This document shows positions 61,231 to 64,000 of a stretch of 64,000 nucleotides of DNA, piece by piece. The DNA is taken from the NCBI GenBank assembly GCA_965217995.1, contig CBDCKB010000004.1, positions 2,123,729-2,187,728 of the forward strand, in the 5' to 3' direction. How positions within the stretch are numbered: the stretch's first letter is position 1; every line of letters starts with the position of its first letter. Below the pieces are notes generated by a model. That model did no database searches, was not told the origin of the DNA, and saw only the letters and a program-made list of their open reading frames with translations. The translations under genes and the position numbers were made by a program. Source of the stretch: Rhodobacterales bacterium (lineage in GTDB: Bacteria; Pseudomonadota; Alphaproteobacteria; Rhodobacterales; CAZPXZ01).

Positions 61231-61989
61231 CTATGCATGGCCGTTCCCCCGCCAATGCGTGTCAATCCATGGTGTCGGCCGGACCCATCGATGGACCGGT
61301 CCCTTGTAATACCCGGCAAGCGCTTCGTGGGGATTCGGACGGCCGTGAAAGGCAATGATCCGGCTTTCCTTCGGAATGCCGGGTGCGACCGCAAGATTGG
61401 CCGGAAATGGGGGAATGCAATCACGCTTGAAACTAGCCACCCATTTCCGCGGCCACCAGTGCCTGCTCTTTGCATGACCGCTCAAAAAACGCTGCTCGTT
61501 CCGAAAGCTTGCAAGCACCTCGCTCCGCCTCTCCAAAAAGGTTTCCGCGATGTACCGCATGGTGCCGGCCTCGAATCGAAAAACGGATGTGTTGCCAATC
61601 CGTGGTTTTCCGATCCTCCTTAACCGCTGGTGCCAGTGCTCCCAATCCCGGATCAGGCAGAATTCACCGCTTGCATGTTCAAAAAAGCAATCAATCGAAC
61701 CCACGAGAACGACATCAAGATCAAGAAACAGACATGGGCCTTCCAACCCCGCACGATGATCCAGAAACACCCCTAGTTTTGGCCAGGCACCTCGCTTGAA
61801 GGCGCGGGCCGGCAGGCCGAGATCGGGTAGCGGGAACGATTCAATCCCCGAAGAGAGGCCGTTCGGGTCATCGGCAAAGCAGACAAATCGCAGTTTTCGG
61901 GTCGAGTGCCGCAAAACCGCCTCCATGAGAGAATTCACGTAATCGGCACCGTATCGGGTGCCCCATTTCATCGTAATGATCGTGCTCAT
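61231..61989 (-). CDS. hypothetical protein, possible GT-A fold glycosyltransferase (DxD-like FLDLDVV)
   Basis: 252-aa ORF, MKWGTRYGADYVN..FVCFADD..LDLD; the function is inferred only from motif and context. Confidence 0.4.
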   Translation of the reverse strand: MSTIITMKWGTRYGADYVNSLMEAVLRHSTRKLRFVCFADDPNGLSSGIESFPLPDLGLPARAFKRGAWPKLGVFLDHRAGLEGPCLFLDLDVVLVGSIDCFFEHASGEFCLIRDWEHWHQRLRRIGKPRIGNTSVFRFEAGTMRYIAETFLERRSEVLASFRNEQRFLSGHAKSRHWWPRKWVASFKRDCIPPFPANLAVAPGIPKESRIIAFHGRPNPHEALAGYYKGPVHRWVRPTPWIDTHWRGNGHA

Positions 61990-62255
61990 GCCCGCGACAT
62001 CCAGCTCAAATACCCGCTCCGCAAGCGGGCAACATAGCAGGTTGCCGCGTCACAAGACCCCGACCCCGAAACATCCCGGAGCTCCTGTCGGGGCAAAAAT
62101 TCCCCGGCAGGTCACGGGCACATCCAGAATTCCAGCCCACCACCGGCCGGCACCGGATATCCGGGACCCCAGGCACCGAATCCCGCCCGCGGACCGTACA
62201 GATGCCATGCACGGAAAAGCCCTGCCTCATCCCGGAGGCTGCCAGCCAGACTGCC

Positions 62256-63047
62256 TCATCCAGGATCCCGGACGCGGGAGAAGTCGGCCCCCGGGGTCAA
62301 AACCTGCCCGCCTCCTGTCTCACCGGCACCCAGACTGTAGCCCCTCATCAGCCCCGCAAAATCCTCATCCTGGTAGTGGAAGGTCGGATGCAGACGCTTC
62401 TGCTTCCGCAGGGACCGCTGCATGCGGCTCAAATTTCCGGCCTTCCAACGCTCTCCCGGGCGGATGCGCGCACGGTCAAAATCCACCAGATAGCATCTGC
62501 CTTCCCCGTTCAGCAGAATGTTGCTGGCATTGAGGTCTGCGTGCCAGACCTGGCAGTCATGAAACCGACGCAACACCTCTCCCAGACGGGCCCATTCCTC
62601 TCCGCCCAGAGGCCGGGAGAGAAGGATCTCCCCCAGGGACCGGCAATCCGGAATCAGTTCCGTGATCAGGTCCGCGCAATAGGTGACGAGGCCACTGCGC
62701 ACCACGCGCCAGGCCGCCGGCACGGGCACCGGAAGGCCGATCCCCCGCATCCTTCGCAAAAGCCGCCATTCCCGCGCCGGACGCGTCAGTGAGTCCGGCA
62801 CCCGCAGGTAACGGTCGTGCAGCAGTTTCGCGACCAACCCACCACGTCGGTAGTGGCGAAGGACATAGCTCCGGTGCCCGGACCGGAACACCCATATGGT
62901 CCCGCGTCCGCCGGACCGCGTATCGACCAACCATCCCATCCGCTTGAGATCGTCCGGCTCGAAAATCCTGCCGTCTGCCGTCGAGAAGTAATCCGTATCA
63001 AATGTGAGTCGCTGTCCGCCATGCGAAATAACCTGGATCGCCATCAT
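62256..63047 (-). CDS. kdkA: 3-deoxy-D-manno-octulosonic acid (Kdo) kinase
   Basis: ..YVLRHYRRGGL..HADLNASNILL..; the start MMAIQV avoids overlap with waaA. Confidence 0.8.
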   Translation of the reverse strand: MMAIQVISHGGQRLTFDTDYFSTADGRIFEPDDLKRMGWLVDTRSGGRGTIWVFRSGHRSYVLRHYRRGGLVAKLLHDRYLRVPDSLTRPAREWRLLRRMRGIGLPVPVPAAWRVVRSGLVTYCADLITELIPDCRSLGEILLSRPLGGEEWARLGEVLRRFHDCQVWHADLNASNILLNGEGRCYLVDFDRARIRPGERWKAGNLSRMQRSLRKQKRLHPTFHYQDEDFAGLMRGYSLGAGETGGGQVLTPGADFSRVRDPG

Positions 63048-63165
63048 CAGGATTCTTGGGAAGATCCCACGGGAGAGATCAGGAACATCTCCGGCCGGAC
63101 GGAAATTCCTGCATTCTCCATGCCCTCCGGGGATTTCCGGGGCCCCCGGCTCCACATAGCGATTC

Positions 63166-64000
63166 TCAGCCCGCCAGCAGATGCAGGATCCGCCCTGCAA
63201 TCCGCTCCGGTATGTCGGGCGCTTCATCCGCCAGCTGCCGCGCCTGGCCGGCAATGCGGATTCTCCTCTGCTTCGCCTCCCCACTCAACCCGAGCAATCC
63301 GGCCACCGACGACGCAAGACTGGCCGCATCCTCCACCTGGACCGCCCCCCCGATGGTGTCGAGCCTTGCATAGATGTCCCGGAAATTCTCTGTGTCCGGA
63401 CCATGCAGGATGGCGGAGTCCAGAAATGCAGCCTCAAACGGGTTGTGCCCCCCTGCCCCGCCAAAAGATCCGCCGAGCAGCGTTACCGGTGCCAGCCGGT
63501 ACCAGATGCCGAGCTCCCCGATCGTGTCCGCGAGATACACCTGGACATCCGCTTCCGGCTCCTCGCCCCGCGATCGCTGCCCGACGCGCCAGCCCCTGGC
63601 CTCCAGCTGCTGCCGCAGGTCGTTGCCCCGCTCGGGATGGCGCGGAACGATCAGCAGCAAGGCCTCGGGGCACGCTCCTTCCCGGAGGATCTGCTGTGCG
63701 TCCATGACCACCGGCTCATCCGCCTCATGCGTGCTCGCCGCCATCCATATCTGGCGGCGGCCGATGATGTGCCGGAATTTTTTCACTTCCCGCCCGTCGG
63801 CCGGCAAAACCGCCGCCGAGGCCTTGAGCGAACCCGGCGCGGATACCAGTGCCGGTTTTGCGCCCAGCGCAACAAAATTCTCCGCCACCCTTCGATCCTG
63901 TGCCATCAGGAGCGAGATTCGCCCGAGCAACTCCCGCAACATCCCGCCCATACGCCGCCAATTCCGCATCGAGCGTTTCGACATGCGCGCATTGACCAGC
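63166..64000 (-). CDS. waaA: Kdo transferase WaaA/KdtA, C-terminal part (5' end beyond window)
   Basis: ..LLIVPRHPER..YLADTIGELG..GGSF..GGHNPFEAA..; the frame stays open to base 64000. Confidence 0.9.
   Translation of the reverse strand, partial: LVNARMSKRSMRNWRRMGGMLRELLGRISLLMAQDRRVAENFVALGAKPALVSAPGSLKASAAVLPADGREVKKFRHIIGRRQIWMAASTHEADEPVVMDAQQILREGACPEALLLIVPRHPERGNDLRQQLEARGWRVGQRSRGEEPEADVQVYLADTIGELGIWYRLAPVTLLGGSFGGAGGHNPFEAAFLDSAILHGPDTENFRDIYARLDTIGGAVQVEDAASLASSVAGLLGLSGEAKQRRIRIAGQARQLADEAPDIPERIAGRILHLLAG

Noticed and set aside
1-64000. CRISPR arrays, rRNA genes, intact IS elements and prophage genes.
   Set aside because: No regularly spaced short repeats, no rRNA-like sequence, no complete transposase or integrase, and no phage structural genes were found.

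Overview
High-GC chromosomal segment of alphaproteobacterial type (this is inferred from gene content and synteny only; no database was consulted). Most of it is housekeeping backbone. It runs through a partial DNA methylase, enoyl-CoA hydratase, a corrinoid protein plus homocysteine methyltransferase pair, sufE, rnd, aspS, methylmalonyl-CoA epimerase and dnaE. Next come a TRAP transporter locus (two substrate-binding paralogs, a long DctQ and an 882-aa DctM), purB, a zeta-like ATPase inhibitor, purC-S-Q-L, bolA, grxD and tRNA-Gln. After that: yebC, a YmdB-like phosphoesterase, 5-formyl-THF cyclo-ligase, zapA, two UDG-superfamily paralogs, a hydrolase-OsmC fusion, tkt-gap and a four-gene operon (class IV aminotransferase, DUF2182, DUF1326, GcvT-like). 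The rest is galE, an FAD oxidoreductase, a YhhQ-like transporter, a class III aminotransferase, a Pta-like protein, a non-Pyl MttB, htrA/degP, hflKC, and finally kdkA and waaA. Two regions are visibly lower in GC. (i) A ~2.6 kb islet directly after tRNA-Gln whose only cargo is two tandem nuclease-like/DUF4268 paralogs; I rank this as the best candidate for an undescribed system. (ii) A ~9 kb glycosylation island (52.2-61.3 kb) with three tandem GT4 paralogs, two FkbM methyltransferase copies, two GT25 genes and an IS481-family remnant. The window is unusually rich in tandem segmental duplications that left decayed fragments of neighbouring genes: a dnaE 5' relic, a tkt-gap junction relic, and DUF4164 and OsmC end relics. 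No CRISPR array, rRNA, intact transposase or integrase was seen.
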